Shown: piece after piece, positions 46,770 to 59,835 of the stretch
How positions within the stretch are numbered: position 1 is the stretch's first letter
Layout of the letters: each line of letters starts with the position of its first letter
Source: Felis catus
Taxonomy: Eukaryota
Assembly: GCF_018350175.1 (NCBI RefSeq)
Contig: NC_058368.1
Span: 142,292,001-142,356,000, forward strand
Reading direction: 5' to 3'
DNA: 64,000 nucleotides
The notes under the pieces: generated by a model
Told to the model about the DNA's origin: nothing
Database searches by the model: none
What the model saw: only the letters and a program-made list of their open reading frames with translations
Position numbers and translations under genes: made by a program

Positions 46770-49630
46770 ACAGGTATTTTGCTTTTGATGCCTTTGCTTT
46801 TGGAGCCATATCCAAAACATCATTACCAAGGTCAGTGTCAAGGAACTTGCCACCTATGTTTGTTTCTAGGGATTTTATGGTTTCAGGTCTTACATTCAGT
46901 TCTCTAATCCATTTTAAGTTAATTTTGGTGTATGGTATAAAATAATGGTCCAGTTTCATTCTTTTGCATGTGGCTGTCCAGTTTTCCCAGCACCATTTAT
47001 TGAAGAGACTGTTCTTTTCCCCATTTATATTTTTTAATCCTTTGTCATAGATTAATTGATCATGTATGTGTGGGTTTATTTCTGGGCTCTTTCTTTTTAT
47101 GCTAATATAATGTTTTGATTATTATAGCTTTGTAATATAACTTGAAATCGGGGAGTGTGATGCCTCCAGTTTTGTCCTTTCTCAAGTTTGCTTTGGTTGC
47201 CCGGAGTCTTTTGTGGTTCCATACAGATTTTAGTATCATTTATTTTATTTCTGTGAAAAATGCCATTTGAATTTTGAAATGGTTTGCATTGAATCTGTAG
47301 ATGGCTTTGAGTAGTATAGACATTTTAACATTATTCTTCTGTGAGCAGAGAATATCTTTCCGTCTGTGTCATCTTTATTTTCTTGAATCAGTGTCTTACA
47401 GTTTTTAGTCTGTGGGTCTTTTACCTTGGTTAAATTTATTCCTATTTTATTCTTTTTGATACACTTGTAGATGGGATTATTAATTTCTCTTTCTGATAGA
47501 TCATTTTTAGTGTATAGAAATACAACAGATCTTTTGTATACTAATTTCATATCCTGAAATTTTACTGAATTCATTTATTCTAACATTTTTAAAATAAAGT
47601 CTTCAAGCTCTTCTATATATAAAATCATGTCATCTACAGATAGTGGCAGTTTTATTTCTTTCTTTCCAATTTGGATGTCTTTGTTAATTTTTTACTTGCC
47701 TCCTTGCTCTTGATAAGATTTCCAATACTGTTTTGAATAAAAATGGCGAGAGTGGGCATCCTTCTCATGTTCCTGTTTCACCGCTGAGTATGATGTTAGC
47801 TCTGGGCTTGTCTATTTTCACCTTGTCCATATATCACCATTACGAAAGAGGGTATGTTCCCTCTATACTCACTCTGTGGAGAGTTTTTGTTGTAAATACA
47901 TGTTGAATTTTCAAAATGCTATTTTCTGCATCTGTTGAGATGATGATATTTTTATCATTCATTTTGTTAACGTAGTATATGAAATTGATTTGCAGATGTT
48001 GAACCATCTTGCATCCCTGGAATAAATCCTACGTGATCATGGTGTATGGTTCTTTTAATGTATTGTTAAATTTGGTTTCCTAATATTTTTTGACAACTTT
48101 TGCATTTATGCTCATCAGGGATATTGTCCTGTAATTTTCTTTTCTTGTGGTGTCGTTAGCTGATATTGGTTAGGGTAATATTGGCCTCATAAAATGATTG
48201 GAAGCATTCTCTCCTCTTCAGTTTTTTTTAGAAGACTTTGAGCATTATTGGTATTAATTCCTTGAATGTTTGGTAGAATTCACCCTTAAAGCCATCTGGT
48301 CCTAGACTTTTATTTGTTGGAGGTTTTGATTTTTGATTCAGTCCTCTTACTAGTAATCAGTCTGTTCAGATTCTTTATTTTTTCATGATTCAGTCCTAGA
48401 AGACTGTATGTCACTAGGAATTTATCCATTTCTTCTAGGTTGTCCATTTTATTTGCATATAATTATAATAGTCTCAACATCCTTCATGTTTCTGAGGTAT
48501 CTTTGTAAAATCTGATTTTATTTATCTGAGCTTTTTTCTTTGATAAGTCTAGCTAAAGGTGTTAAGATTATATTTATCTTTTCAAAGAACCAGTTCTTAG
48601 TTCCATTGATCTTTTTCTGTTATTTTTAGTCTATTTCATTTTTATTCTCTGATCTGTTACTTTTTTCCTTCTACTAATTTTGGGCTTTTTTTTTCTTTTT
48701 CTAATTTCTTGCAGTTAGATAGTTTGAGATTTTTCTTATTTCTTAAGGTAGGCCTGTATTGCTATGATCCCTCTTAGAACTATTTTTGCTGCATCTCATA
48801 AATTTTGGTATGTTGTGTTTGCATTTTTGTTTGAGGTATTTTTATTTCTCCTTTGATTACTTTATCGACCCACATTGGTTGTTCACAGTTGCACAGTGTT
48901 TAATCTGCACATTTTCCAGTTTTATTCTTGTAATTGGTTTCTAGTTCTGTATCATTATGGTTGGAAAAGATGCTTGATATGATTTGTTCTCTTAAATTTA
49001 TTAAGAATTGTTTTTGTGACTTTACATGTGATCTGTCCTGGAGAATGTTTCATGTGCACTTGAGAAGAATGTGTTTGCTGCTGCTTTTGGATGGCATGCT
49101 CTGTTTATATTTAGTAAGTCCATCTGATCTAATATGTCATTCCAGGCCAATGTTTACTTATTGATTTTCTGTCTGGATGATCTGTTTGTTGATGTCCTAC
49201 TATAATGTCCTTCTATTACCTCATTGTATTGCTTTGTCTCCCTTTTCCTTTAGGGCTGTTAATACTTGCTTTATATGTTTAGTTGCTTCTATGTTGGGTG
49301 TATAAATACTTATAAATATTATGTTGTCTTGTTGGATTGACCCTTTTATCATTATGTAATGCCCTTCTTTGTCTTTTTTACTGTCTTTATTTTAAAGTAT
49401 TTTGTCTCATATAAGTATTACTATGCCAATTCTCTTTTGGTATATTTTTGCGTGGAAGATCTTATCATTTCATTTCCAATCTATATGTGCCCGTACATCT
49501 GAAGTGAATCTTTTGTAGACAGCATAAAGTTGGGTTTTGTTTTCTTTTATCCATTCAAACCACTCTGTGTCTTTTGATTAGAGAATTTAGTCCATTTACA
49601 TTTAAAGTAATTATTGATAGTTATTAACTT
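46770..49630 (-). mobile_element. L1 ORF2 fragment (about 2.9 kb) lacking its 3' end, between the two genes
   Basis: ORFs 46768-46959 (MKLDHYFIPYTKINLKWIRELNVRPETIKSLE) and 47245-47574 are L1 ORF2p-like. Confidence 0.9.
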
Positions 49631-49814
49631 ATTGCTATTTTGTTGTTTTCAGCTGCTCATATGTTATTTTTCTAAGTCCTGTTGTTCCTTTATGTTCTCA
49701 TTTTCAGGTTTTTGTGTTAATAATTTATCAAGGAATCTATTGTTCCTAAGTTTGGGGGCCTAGTCTTTTGTTCTTTCTTTAGGGCAAATTGCTGGGTCAA
49801 AACATAAGCGTTTT

Positions 49815-49904
49815 CTTTTTTAACTCCACCTCCAATGTGGGGCTCGAACTTAAGACTCCAAGATCAAGAGTCACATTCTCTACCAACTGAACCAGCCGGG
49901 TCCT
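49815..49904 (-). mobile_element. Short CanSINE
   Basis: gtggggctcgaactt...agatcaagagtcacattctctaccaactgaaccagcc. Confidence 0.8.
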
Positions 49905-50007
49905 CAAAACTTAAGCATATTTTTAAAGGCCTTTGTTGTGCATTGCCAAATTGCTCCAGAAAATTTTATCAATTTATATCCTGTCAGTATTGTATGAAAC
50001 GGCCTTT

Positions 50008-50227
50008 TTTAAAAAAAAAATTTTTTTAATGTTTTTTATTTATTCTTGAGAAAGACAGAGCACGAACGGGGGAGAGGCAGAGTGAGAGAGGGACACAGAA
50101 TCAGAAGCAGGCTCCAGACTCCGAGCTGTCAGCACAGAGCCCGATGCGGGGCTTGAACTCACAAGCCATGAGATAATGACCTGAGCTGAAGTCAGATGCT
50201 TCACCGACTGAGCCACGCAGGTGCCCC
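50008..50227 (-). mobile_element. CanSINE
   Basis: Full antisense body; TSD-like tgaaa(c/t)gg(c/t)ct. Confidence 0.92.
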
Positions 50228-50569
50228 TGAAATGGTCTCTTTATCCACACTCTGCCAAATTGGATGTTCTTTTCTAAAGTCTTTGCCACCAGTAGGTTTT
50301 ACAGGTTTGTTCTTTTAGATTCTCATTGTCGATAGATGATGGCTCATTCAACACTAACCTGTTTGTTTTTTGGTTTTGCTAAATAGGAGTGACCATGTAT
50401 CCTGAATCTACAGAGAAATCTTCCACTTCCTGAAAGCACTAAGATGAGGATAATTAGGATGGAAAAAGCATTGGTGGCCTCAGGTAGCAAATCCATTGAG
50501 GCTCTCTAGGTAAAATTAGATTGGTTTTAACAAGTTATGTTATTCTTCAAAATTTTTTCATCTAATAAC

Positions 50570-50760
50570 TTTTATTTAGTGAGGACTTTATACCAGAGAG
50601 TATACTAAATGCTTTACATACATCACTTAATCCTCACACCAGACCTATGATGTAATTTCTATTACTGGCTGCATTTTTATAGATGAGTAGAAAATTATCT
50701 CAGTCACTCAGTGAGTGGTGGTGAAGGGGCAGCTAGACCCGTGTCTCTTCACTCCTGTTA
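50570..50760 (-). mobile_element. MIR
   Basis: aaatgctttacatacatcacttaatcctcacacc...cattttatagatgag. Confidence 0.65.
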
Positions 50761-51429
50761 CATATGGGATCTTTGCCCCATGGTATCACTTCTTTCCAAC
50801 TTTGTTCCCTTTCCATTTTTTCACATTAATATCCATAATTCATATCCATCCTTTAGGGATAGGACTCTAGGAAAAAAAAATCCACAACCAAGAAAAAAAT
50901 TACAGCATGTACTTTTGAAGTCTCCACATCAAGGCCTGGCTCTGTGATGTGTGGGTGAGTACCTGCTGTACCGTTACCAAATGGTCTTTGGCATTTGTGT
51001 TTATGTTTGGAGAAACTTTAGCTGAGGTCAAATCCTTATTAGGTTAACTATGAAGAAAACGGGCTTTTTAGCTAATAATAATAGCTGCTTATCCTGGATG
51101 AGAGGTTGTTTATAACAAAATAAGAACTATGAAACCACTATTTGTATTACCGCTGTCATATACCTAATGAACTTTTAGTGGCCGTTTTCAGGATTGAGTG
51201 AATTGAGACATGTGGTGTCCTCTTCAAAGGTATGAAAAACTACCAGGTCTTTCTCTGAAAAGGGAGGAGAGAGCAGTTTTTGTCAGTTGTCAGCTTACGG
51301 TCTTTTTGGAATGGTACTTGGAAGTTATTCTGAGACTTACCTACACAGAGATGTTGGTGTTCCCCCACGGTTTGTATTGGCCTTCTTTTCACCATGTACC
51401 TTCGAGGTGAAGGAATCTACAGCTGTTTG

Positions 51430-51620
51430 AGAATATATAGACTTGGGTGTCAAAACTGTCTTTGAGCCTTGGCTTTTTCACTTTGTAGCTTTTTAACCTA
51501 AATTATTTAACTTAAGTTGCTTGAGTAACAACTTATCTGTAACATGAGAATAATTTTCTTTTCATTGAGTTTTGATGAATAAATGAATTATATTAAGTGC
51601 TTAAGACAGTACATGTACAG
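51430..51620 (+). mobile_element. MIR
   Basis: tatttaactt...atctgtaacatgagaataat...gatgaataaatgaatta...aagtgcttaagacagt. Confidence 0.5.
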
Positions 51621-53499
51621 AGAAACTGCACAGCAATTAAGAACTCTTATATTCCATCGTGTGTATTGATGACTTCCAGATCTCTTTGTATAACTTGGTC
51701 TTCTCTCCATATCCTTTTCCGGACTGCACACAGGACTTCTCCACTGGCAGCCTAAGCTGAACCCTCCCACCTTTACTGTTTCTGCTCCTCTTGGATTTCT
51801 AATCTTGGTGACAGCATCACTTTTCACCCAGTGCCCAATTTAAATAGGAAGTCACTCTGGACTCTCTCTTCCTCTCTTTCCACACCCCCTCCCACTTCTG
51901 ACTAGTCACCAAGCTGTCCATTTTTTTTCCAAAACCTATCTAATTCATCTTACAGTTTTCACCATCACCTGCCTTAATTCAGGCTTTGTTCTCTTGCGGA
52001 TAGGTCAAAGTGGTATCCCCTTTGGACACTTGGTTGACTGCTTGCCTATAGATGTTAGATTTTTCTGTATATTTTACTATAAAAAGCCAAAGAGCTGCAC
52101 ATATCTACATGTTATTTGGTTGACTTTTCCTTCCCATGTGGTTTTACTGCTTCCTCTTATTTATGCTTTTTATCTACATCCTGTATTCCTCAGCAAAATG
52201 AGCAGTTTACAATTTAAAGACTTATCTTGTAGAACTCTATGTGGTGAGGAAGAAGCTGCAAGGAAGAAGATAGTAGTAGGGACAGCAATTGCACGGCCCC
52301 AGCCAAATGATTAAGCAGCGGACATGGACTCTGAAATAAAGACAGTTACTGGTTCTTGCTGCTTTGAAGAGGAGGCTAAAAGTTTGCTTTGATGTTGTTT
52401 TTATCCTTTAGTGTTGCAGAGTTGAAAAGATGGTGAATTATTGGAAATTCCTGAAAACACCCACTTAAAAATAAATGTCCAAGACAGTCATGACTGTTCT
52501 TAAGTAGTTTTAATGTTAAGCAAAGACTTTAAGGAGAGCTAGGAGTAAGCTGAATGTAGTGTTCAGAGAGATCAATCATGAGAAGCTGATCCAGTAGCAG
52601 AATTGCTAGGTAAAAACTAAGGATGAAATGGGAAGCAGTTATGAGGATTCTCCAGCTTCTGCTGGCATGTAAAGTCAGGGTCCTTTCTCTTTTGGATTAA
52701 AGATGTGATAGTTGAAAAAGCAACCAGAAGTTTCCAGTTTTGCTTGAGATATTTAGATAACTTGTTTGGAATATTTTTTCTTGAGTGATTCGAATAATTT
52801 TGTCAGCTTTTAATTGTTACTTCTATCAGAAACCTAGCAGGTTTCAGGTATGTTTAGAAGCCAAAGCATAAATGTTGTTTCAGCTGTTATGGGTCCTCAA
52901 TCAGAAAAGAAACAGCCATTTTTTGTTTATTCTGTCAGATAAGTGCTTCATGGGATATGGAGAGTTGAATCAGAGTTTATGAAATAGGTTGTGTCATCTT
53001 TCAATTAATAAATTAGAATTCTCCTTCTTGATAAGGCTTGTTATGGGCAGGATTACCTTCAAGAAATGTGGATGTGGAACTGTTCCACAACTGACTTTTC
53101 ATATTGGAAGAGACGGTGCCCTTCATCTGACTTTCTTCCTTGTCATTATTACACATATTTCTTTGTAAAGCCTTTGTAATACTTAGAAGCATTTTCATGT
53201 TTCTTAAATTTACTATAAAATTTAAGGTATTTGTATAGTATTTGAGAGTCCCCCCCCCCATTTATATTGATGCTTCTCCAAGGAAGAAATGTGTACTTAA
53301 TATTAAAGTTAAAGCTAACCTAAGGTAGGAATATATATGTTACTAGTGAATGGAATAAAGTACCTGAATATCTTTTCCTATTGTTAATATTACATATAAA
53401 TTAGGGTTTATCATAAAATTTGACTGGTAGATGTTTTCTTGAGAAACTTGTATATATCCCATTGAAACCAATAGACTTAAACTTGAAAAGAATCAGGAT

Positions 53500-56400
53500 G
53501 AGTTTCCAAAATCTGGTTTAATTAAGATCTGGGGAGGGGAGGGCATTGTGAAATACATATGCACAGGAACCTAATCAATGCTAGACAGACAATGTATTAG
53601 TTTACAATACAATAGGATAACCACAAATTTGAAGGCTCAAATTGAGTCCATTAGCGGTAAATACAATTTTCTATTTGGCTCAAGTGGCTACTGAATATCA
53701 AGTGATGCTGAGTTCCTCCAAAGCACCTAATGAACCCCCAGCCTTGGAAGGAGTTTCACCACAGTCTCAGAAGAAATCCCAGTCATGCCTTTAACTCTTT
53801 TGGCCCTTGGGAGTCATTGCTGCCCCAGTACAAATACAGGCCAGGGATTTCTAGTGGCCACATGTTATTGCACAGAGAGGTCTGTTCTAAGCCAGACTCT
53901 TATGGCTACAAAGGTGTGAGAGCAGCCCTTAAATAGTGGTCTAGCATTAACGTGGTCTATCAAAGCGTGTTAAGAAATAGCTCCTTAGTGATTATGTACC
54001 ACCTACTAGTTATCACACTAACAGAAAGGCAACATGGCAGCTTCACATTTCACATGAAAGACTAGCATTCACTGGGCCTGGTGCTGGCTTAATTTTCATG
54101 TAAATCTAGTGATTATTTTAATTTAGACCCAGGAATAAATGATTCTATACCAGTCTTATCTTCACATCGGTTTGTGTAGCATTTAAATTGTTACGGGTTA
54201 ATGACTAGGCCATGAAGGCAAAAAATGTTTACCTCTCCTTTGCCAAAACAGAAACAATCCCTGTTCTGACTCCTGTCCAGTTTCCAAAAAAAACAAAACA
54301 TACATACACCTTTGTTATTGCACATCTTTCACACAGACTTGTGTATGTATAATATACATATATATTTTTTAAATATGCTACACATAAAAAAAGACTATGG
54401 CACTTTACATGTTTAACAAAGATCATTACACCACAGAGGTTTGAAAACTATACAAAAACCCTTACACAATGAATGTAACATTGTTGAATTAGCACACAGG
54501 TTTAAAAAAATCCACAGAATCCAAGGCAGATAGTTCTGCCTTCTTGGAGTTCATTGAGAAGCCCAGCCCATCACAAAACTTTAAGCGCAGATGCAGGCAA
54601 AAATAAATAAGACTTTTCTGGTAGTAGTAATGGTCCAGGTGTATTAGACTTTGAGACTGAGGTGATGAGGTGATTGATATTAATTACCAAAGTGTGGGTC
54701 AACACATTCCTCATATTCAGTGGTTTTTAAACAGCTGTACAGTTTTGGTGTAGACTAGCATGATTTTAATGGTCCATTTTCCCCAAAGCCTAGCTAATGG
54801 ACTGAAGGTTTAAAAGGCCCAACATTACTTCTTACTCTGTCTCTGCTAGAGAAATTCCATCTCTGATTACTCAGTCAGCATTTAAGTAGTTTTTAGTGGT
54901 TTGGGGTTATGTGTGTGTGCATGTGCTTTGTTTTCTGTAGCATTCAGACTGATGGAGTAGAACACTGGCCAAGTAAGGTTTACACTTGTGACTACCGTTA
55001 TCAGGGTGTTCCAGATATACATCACCACCTAAGCCGAAGAGCAATCAGACAGTAAAGATGATGGACATGCTCAGAGGAGTGTCAGGGCTTAGGACTTGAA
55101 CTTGTCTGTAAGAAGGAAAGTTAGAGTATAAAATTAGTGTTAGGGAATTAGGAAATGGGTTCTCTATTTTTTACAGCAAAAAATAGAGTGAATCTTCTGA
55201 TAAAAGGAATTTTTTTTTTTTTTAATGAAAATTACTGCTCAGGTTTAAAAAGTAGTTACTATGGGCATTGAGGCTTGGTGAGAGCATATAAATGCACAGT
55301 CAGGGACAGGAGCCCTGTCCATTGGCTGCCGTAACCTCTTTCTGTGTGGTGTTCGATAGGATTGTTTCCTGAGGCTGTACCGAGGGCTGCTATGAGGATA
55401 CCTATTTACCCCTTCTCTTTAAAAAAGAAGTCCTAGGACTGCATCTTGCTTATTTTGAACTTTGGTGGAACACTGGTGAACTCATTAAGGCCGGGTTCTA
55501 CACCACCACCCCTCCTGCCCTTAGCTTTTAATTTGTGTGATAGGATGATTTGTGGTATAGACCAGAGGCCAGAAGGGAATAAAACTTCAGTCACTCCATT
55601 CCATCTACGTATAAAGCAGTTATTTGTTTTGCACCAAGGCATGGTTTTAGAGTCAGCCTGAAGATGATTCACTGGGGCAAGGTCGTAAAATCTCAATCAG
55701 GGTTCTATGCCTGATGGCACTTAAAATACAATACCTTACACAGAGCAGGTGCAGAGTAAATTATTTGTTAAGCTTTCAAAACAAAGCAAGCTGTCACGTG
55801 AGCAGATTCATAAGCCCAAATAGACCTATCCTTTTAATTCTTCCAGAAATCTCACAGGTCCAACTCCACTTGCTTAAATTTCTGTATCATTCTGCAGTTC
55901 TGAAGCTTGGGGCAATACCCAACTGGGTTCTTGCCACTGAGATCATTCCAAAGTAAATTTAAAGTGATGGCTAATACCATTTTTCTCAATCCATTTTATT
56001 GGCAACTTACAGAAACTAGATTAAAGTCTCCTGAATCCTTTTTAATAGTGGTGTTCCATTATTTTTGTAAACAGTTATAGGCAGGGGCTTTAGGCTTGGT
56101 TTCGCTCTCATTTTTGTATTAACTTTCTACTCTGTGCATTTCTGGGTATGAAGCCTTTGATGCAAATTACCCATTGCAGTAATATTAATGTTATTTTAGT
56201 CTGCTTTCAGGATCAATACCAGTAACTGGAGAAACTTGACTTAGATGACTAGCTCCTTTTTTCCTGCAAAGAATGTCATTCAGTTGCTGCTGGGGTTGGA
56301 AATACAGCTGACTACCACATGGTTACCAGTGGGAAGAGGTCTCCCCACAAGTGCTGAGATTCTGGCAAGTTCTTCCACTGTACATCTGAATGAGCCACAG

Positions 56401-57291
56401 CTGGCCTAGAGATCTCTGTTCCTGGAATGAGGAAACAGGGTGAGGTTTCCTTTGGCAGTCAAAGCTCAATCCTAACCCTAGGAGAAAAACATGTGATCTC
56501 CATTGGAAGAGGAGACTGGGCCAGTACTGGTGCTAGCCTGACTGCTGGGAAGTGGAATGAGTTTGTCTTCACTAGCAGGATTTTCTTCTTTATTCTCATG
56601 ATCATACAAGTCCTTATTCTTTCCTTAGTCAAATTTCTAAAATCTTGGAATTACAGTTCAATAGATCTACCTTACTCTGGAATTCAGCCTAGAATAAGTT
56701 CCATAACAGCATTCCACACTGACCTGCTCACCCCTCGGTCAGCTAATTAAGAGGCAGTGTCTTGTATGCCCTTGAGCACACATCCCTATCCCCAGTAAGT
56801 ATGCAGTCTTCATTTTTAGTCTCTGAGAAAACTTGGAAGAACTAGGAGGAGACAAAAACACCAACCCCCAAACCTCATTCTGAGGCAGAGATGCTCACAG
56901 GCATGCAGGCTTGTGGCAGAAACACATCTCAAAATAGCCTGAAAATCTAGCTCACAATCTCCTCTGTTACCAGAAGAACTGTGGCCTTAATGGTTTAGAT
57001 CATTATCCTTTGTTGAGCCTTGGGGAAGATGGAGTCAGACAGACTTGTCAACTTGTGTCAGGCTTCATGCAGTACTTTTATATTCCATCTCTGGCATTTT
57101 GCACTGTGGTCCTCGAGTGCCATCACTTAGCTGACTGTTGCTTCTCATTGGTCCTGTTAAGGCTCAAGGCTGTGGAATGTAGGCTTTGGTAGATAAAGGC
57201 TAGTTCTTCACTTGACTCAGATGATGAAACCAGAGGGGTGCTGTTTCACAAGGTTACATGGGCAGAAAGTGGCATTTGTGTCTCTTCCAAA
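53500..57291 (-). other. LHFPL2: Putative LHFPL2 3' UTR (about 3.8 kb; end uncertain)
   Basis: SINE/L1-free sequence downstream of the stop. Minus-strand ATTAAA at plus 53517-53522 and AATAAA at plus 55995-56000. Confidence 0.6.
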
Positions 57292-57548
57292 CTAAAGGAG
57301 GCATATCAGGCTTTTCCCCTCTTCAATTTCTTCCTGTACTTTGTCACTGGAGGTTGCAATTTCTGCTTGTGCGGAGAAGACAGCACAGATGAAGGTGAGG
57401 ACTGTGCCTCCGATGGCGGTATAAAAGGCCCAGCCCAAGGAGCAGTCTCCGGGTTTGTAGGCCGATGCATAGTGTCCACAGTAGCCTATGGCCTTCTGGC
57501 AGCCCCAGCCAGCAGGGTAGAGTATCAAACCCAGAATAAGGAACAGTC
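57292..57548 (-). CDS. LHFPL2: LHFPL2 (LHFPL tetraspan subfamily member 2) terminal coding exon, 257 nt
   Basis: Minus-strand acceptor tcttctcttctgccctgcag (AG = plus 57549-57550). Translates (G)[84 protein letters not shown], the LHFPL2 C-terminal part. SCAMP1 and LHFPL2 are known convergent neighbours in mammals. Confidence 0.96.
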
Positions 57549-57872
57549 CTGCAGGGCAGAAGAGAAGACAGGTGAGAACCTCCCCTGGCTTTACGGTATA
57601 AAGTGATTAACTGTACAGATAGGTTGTAATTGTTACTAATTTCCCTGCTTTGGGCGATGGCATCTGTTTTGCAATATCACGTGTCAGGGACTATTTTATG
57701 CAACCAATCCGACCTGATCAAGAAATCTCATCCCTTTCTTAGAAATATTTTTAGCCTCTTTTATACGTACTGGAATGTGAACTCAGTAATTTCTAGAAAA
57801 GCAAATCAAACTTGTTATTTTTTCTTCCCACAAAGCTCTTATAGCACTGAGCATTTTCCTATAGGTCTAAGG

Positions 57873-58095
57873 CAGACATTGGCAAACTAAGGCCCACAAG
57901 TGAAATGCGGACTTGGTTCTATAAATAAAGTTTTATTGGAACATATCCTGTGACCATTCCTTTTATGGACTTTGCCTGTGGCTGCTTTGGTGCTGGAACA
58001 GCAGAGTAAGTAATTTCTACAGACCCTAGGGCGAGAAAGATCTAAAATATTTATTTACTGTCTGGAATTTTGCAGGAAAAGTTTGCCAACCCCTG
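57873..58095 (+). mobile_element. MER58A-like hAT-Charlie MITE
   Basis: cagacattggcaaact...agtttgccaacccctg terminal inverted repeats, internal taaataaagttttattggaaca, 8-bp TSD gtctaagg / ttctaagg. Confidence 0.85.
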
Positions 58096-58259
58096 TTCTA
58101 AGGAAATTCACACAGAACCATGGTTAAATTGCAAGAGACCAGATCTTAACCTGAATTAAAGCCTATGAGGAGTCTTTTTGTTGGCATTCACCAACAACCG
58201 ACTGCATACCCAAGTCAGAGATTTCTATACTTATATAAGCATTTAGAAACACACCGCAA

Positions 58260-58490
58260 GGGCTGCTGGGTGGCTCAGTTGGTTGAGGGTCTGACTTCGG
58301 CTCAGGTCCTGATCTTGCAGTTCGTGAGTTCGAGCCCTGCAGCGGGCTCTGTGCTGACAGCTCAGAGCCTGGAGCCTGCTTTGGATTCTGTGTCTCCCTC
58401 TCTCTGCCCCTTTCCCACTCATGCTCTGTCTCTCTCTGCCTCTCAGAAAATGAATAAACATTAAAAAAAACTTTTTTTTAATTAAAAAAA
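58260..58490 (+). mobile_element. CanSINE in the LHFPL2 last intron
   Basis: Perfect TSD aaacacaccgcaa. Confidence 0.93.
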
Positions 58491-59619
58491 AACACACCGC
58501 AAACTTCAGAATTGTTTTGTCTGAATTCTTTTAGAATGCTTTTAAATGAATTTGGCCCTGAGTAAACACTAATAAGCTCTGTTGCCACTTTGCTGACCCC
58601 ACCACCCTATCATTAAATGTCCATTTTTCTGTTCCTTATGGCTTCACTGCTATGTAACTGAGAGTTCTATTGCCAGCTCTAGGAGTTGAGGACTAAGGTA
58701 AAGCAAGTGAGACAAAGTGTAAGGAGACCATCACTTTCAGGGGTCTGCCCTGTGGGAGAGAGTGAGTGCATTGCCTGTCCCCCTCTAGCCCTGGCTGCCA
58801 GTCCCACACCAGAAGCTGCTCATAAGGAAGTCCAGAACCTGAAATGACAAAGGCAACAGAGGGCCCCAAATCTTACCTAATGAAACTTTCTCAGTAGAAA
58901 GAATGCCGCAAGAGGATGGCTTTATTTTATGTGGCAGGAGAGAAAAGTTTTCTCTGCAAAATGACACCTGTATAATCAAGATTGCTAATTTATATCCCCC
59001 AAAAGCTTTTTCAGATACCTTGCAGTGGCAATTCTATTCTCCTCATTTAATCTTGTTGGTTCTAAATTCTGTCTTCCTACCTTTACTGAAATTCTCTGGG
59101 TTTACCACACCAAAGCTTCCAAGTCATTACAGCAACTTGCCCACAAAAAAGAACGTGACTGAACCTGTGGTAGTATTAGGTTTGAACAAGATCAAGGGCT
59201 GTGTTTCAAACCACACATCACAACTTTCATAGTTCTGTCTTCATCCTATGATGACATCTTCTCGCCAAGCATGGCATTTCATGTCTGATTTTGGATCTGA
59301 CCATCCCTGCTTCCCTAATTAATTCCATTGTTCTACTCTGGAGGCCTTAGAGGACTTTCTAGCAGGGATGGAATAGAGGGAACTGGTTCCTCTGTTCACT
59401 GTCTGAAGAAGGGTGCTTCAAAAATGAAGTCTTTCCAACCCTGCAACCCTTTATTTCTCCATAGGTCAAAGTGTTAGAAAGTAGGTAGAGAAATGCCCTC
59501 CACAGTCAGATGCGTAAGTGAAAGGAGCTAATTCCCCCAAGGATAAGGCCAGGCCGCCAGTGAAGAATGTGTTGGTACTCTAGAATATGCAAGGTCTTAG
59601 CAAAGACTCAGTAAATTAA

Positions 59620-59835
59620 GAGGTAGGTCAGTTAATAGTTACAAGCTCTGAGTTCAGGGTGTGATAGAGGTTTGAACCCAAGCTTTTGCCATTTAAGACT
59701 GGTGCCCTTAGAAAACTCTTTTGTCTGATTATGATTCCTCACCTGTAAAACGGCTAATCCTTAACTCATAAAATAGTTGTGAATGTTAAAAGCACCTAAA
59801 AAATACTTTCCATGTCCCTAATAGTAATGGCAGTA
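59620..59835 (+). mobile_element. MIR
   Basis: ggtttgaacccaagc...ttcctcacctgtaaaacgg...gttgtgaatgttaaa. Confidence 0.55.

Noticed and set aside
57292..57306. LHFPL2 C-terminus ICLL* as a CaaX prenylation motif
   Set aside because: The cysteine is third from the end, not fourth.
57238..57606. 122-aa plus-strand ORF overlapping the LHFPL2 exon
   Set aside because: It is the antisense shadow of a real coding exon.
1229..58490. tRNA-like A/B-box sequences as tRNA genes
   Set aside because: All are heads of tRNA-derived CanSINEs with linkers, tails and TSDs; I saw no standalone cloverleaf.
58665..58800. Possible MER91-like hAT element
   Set aside because: The resemblance (ggactaaggtaaagcaagtgagac ... 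cctctagccctggc) is too degenerate to call without an alignment.
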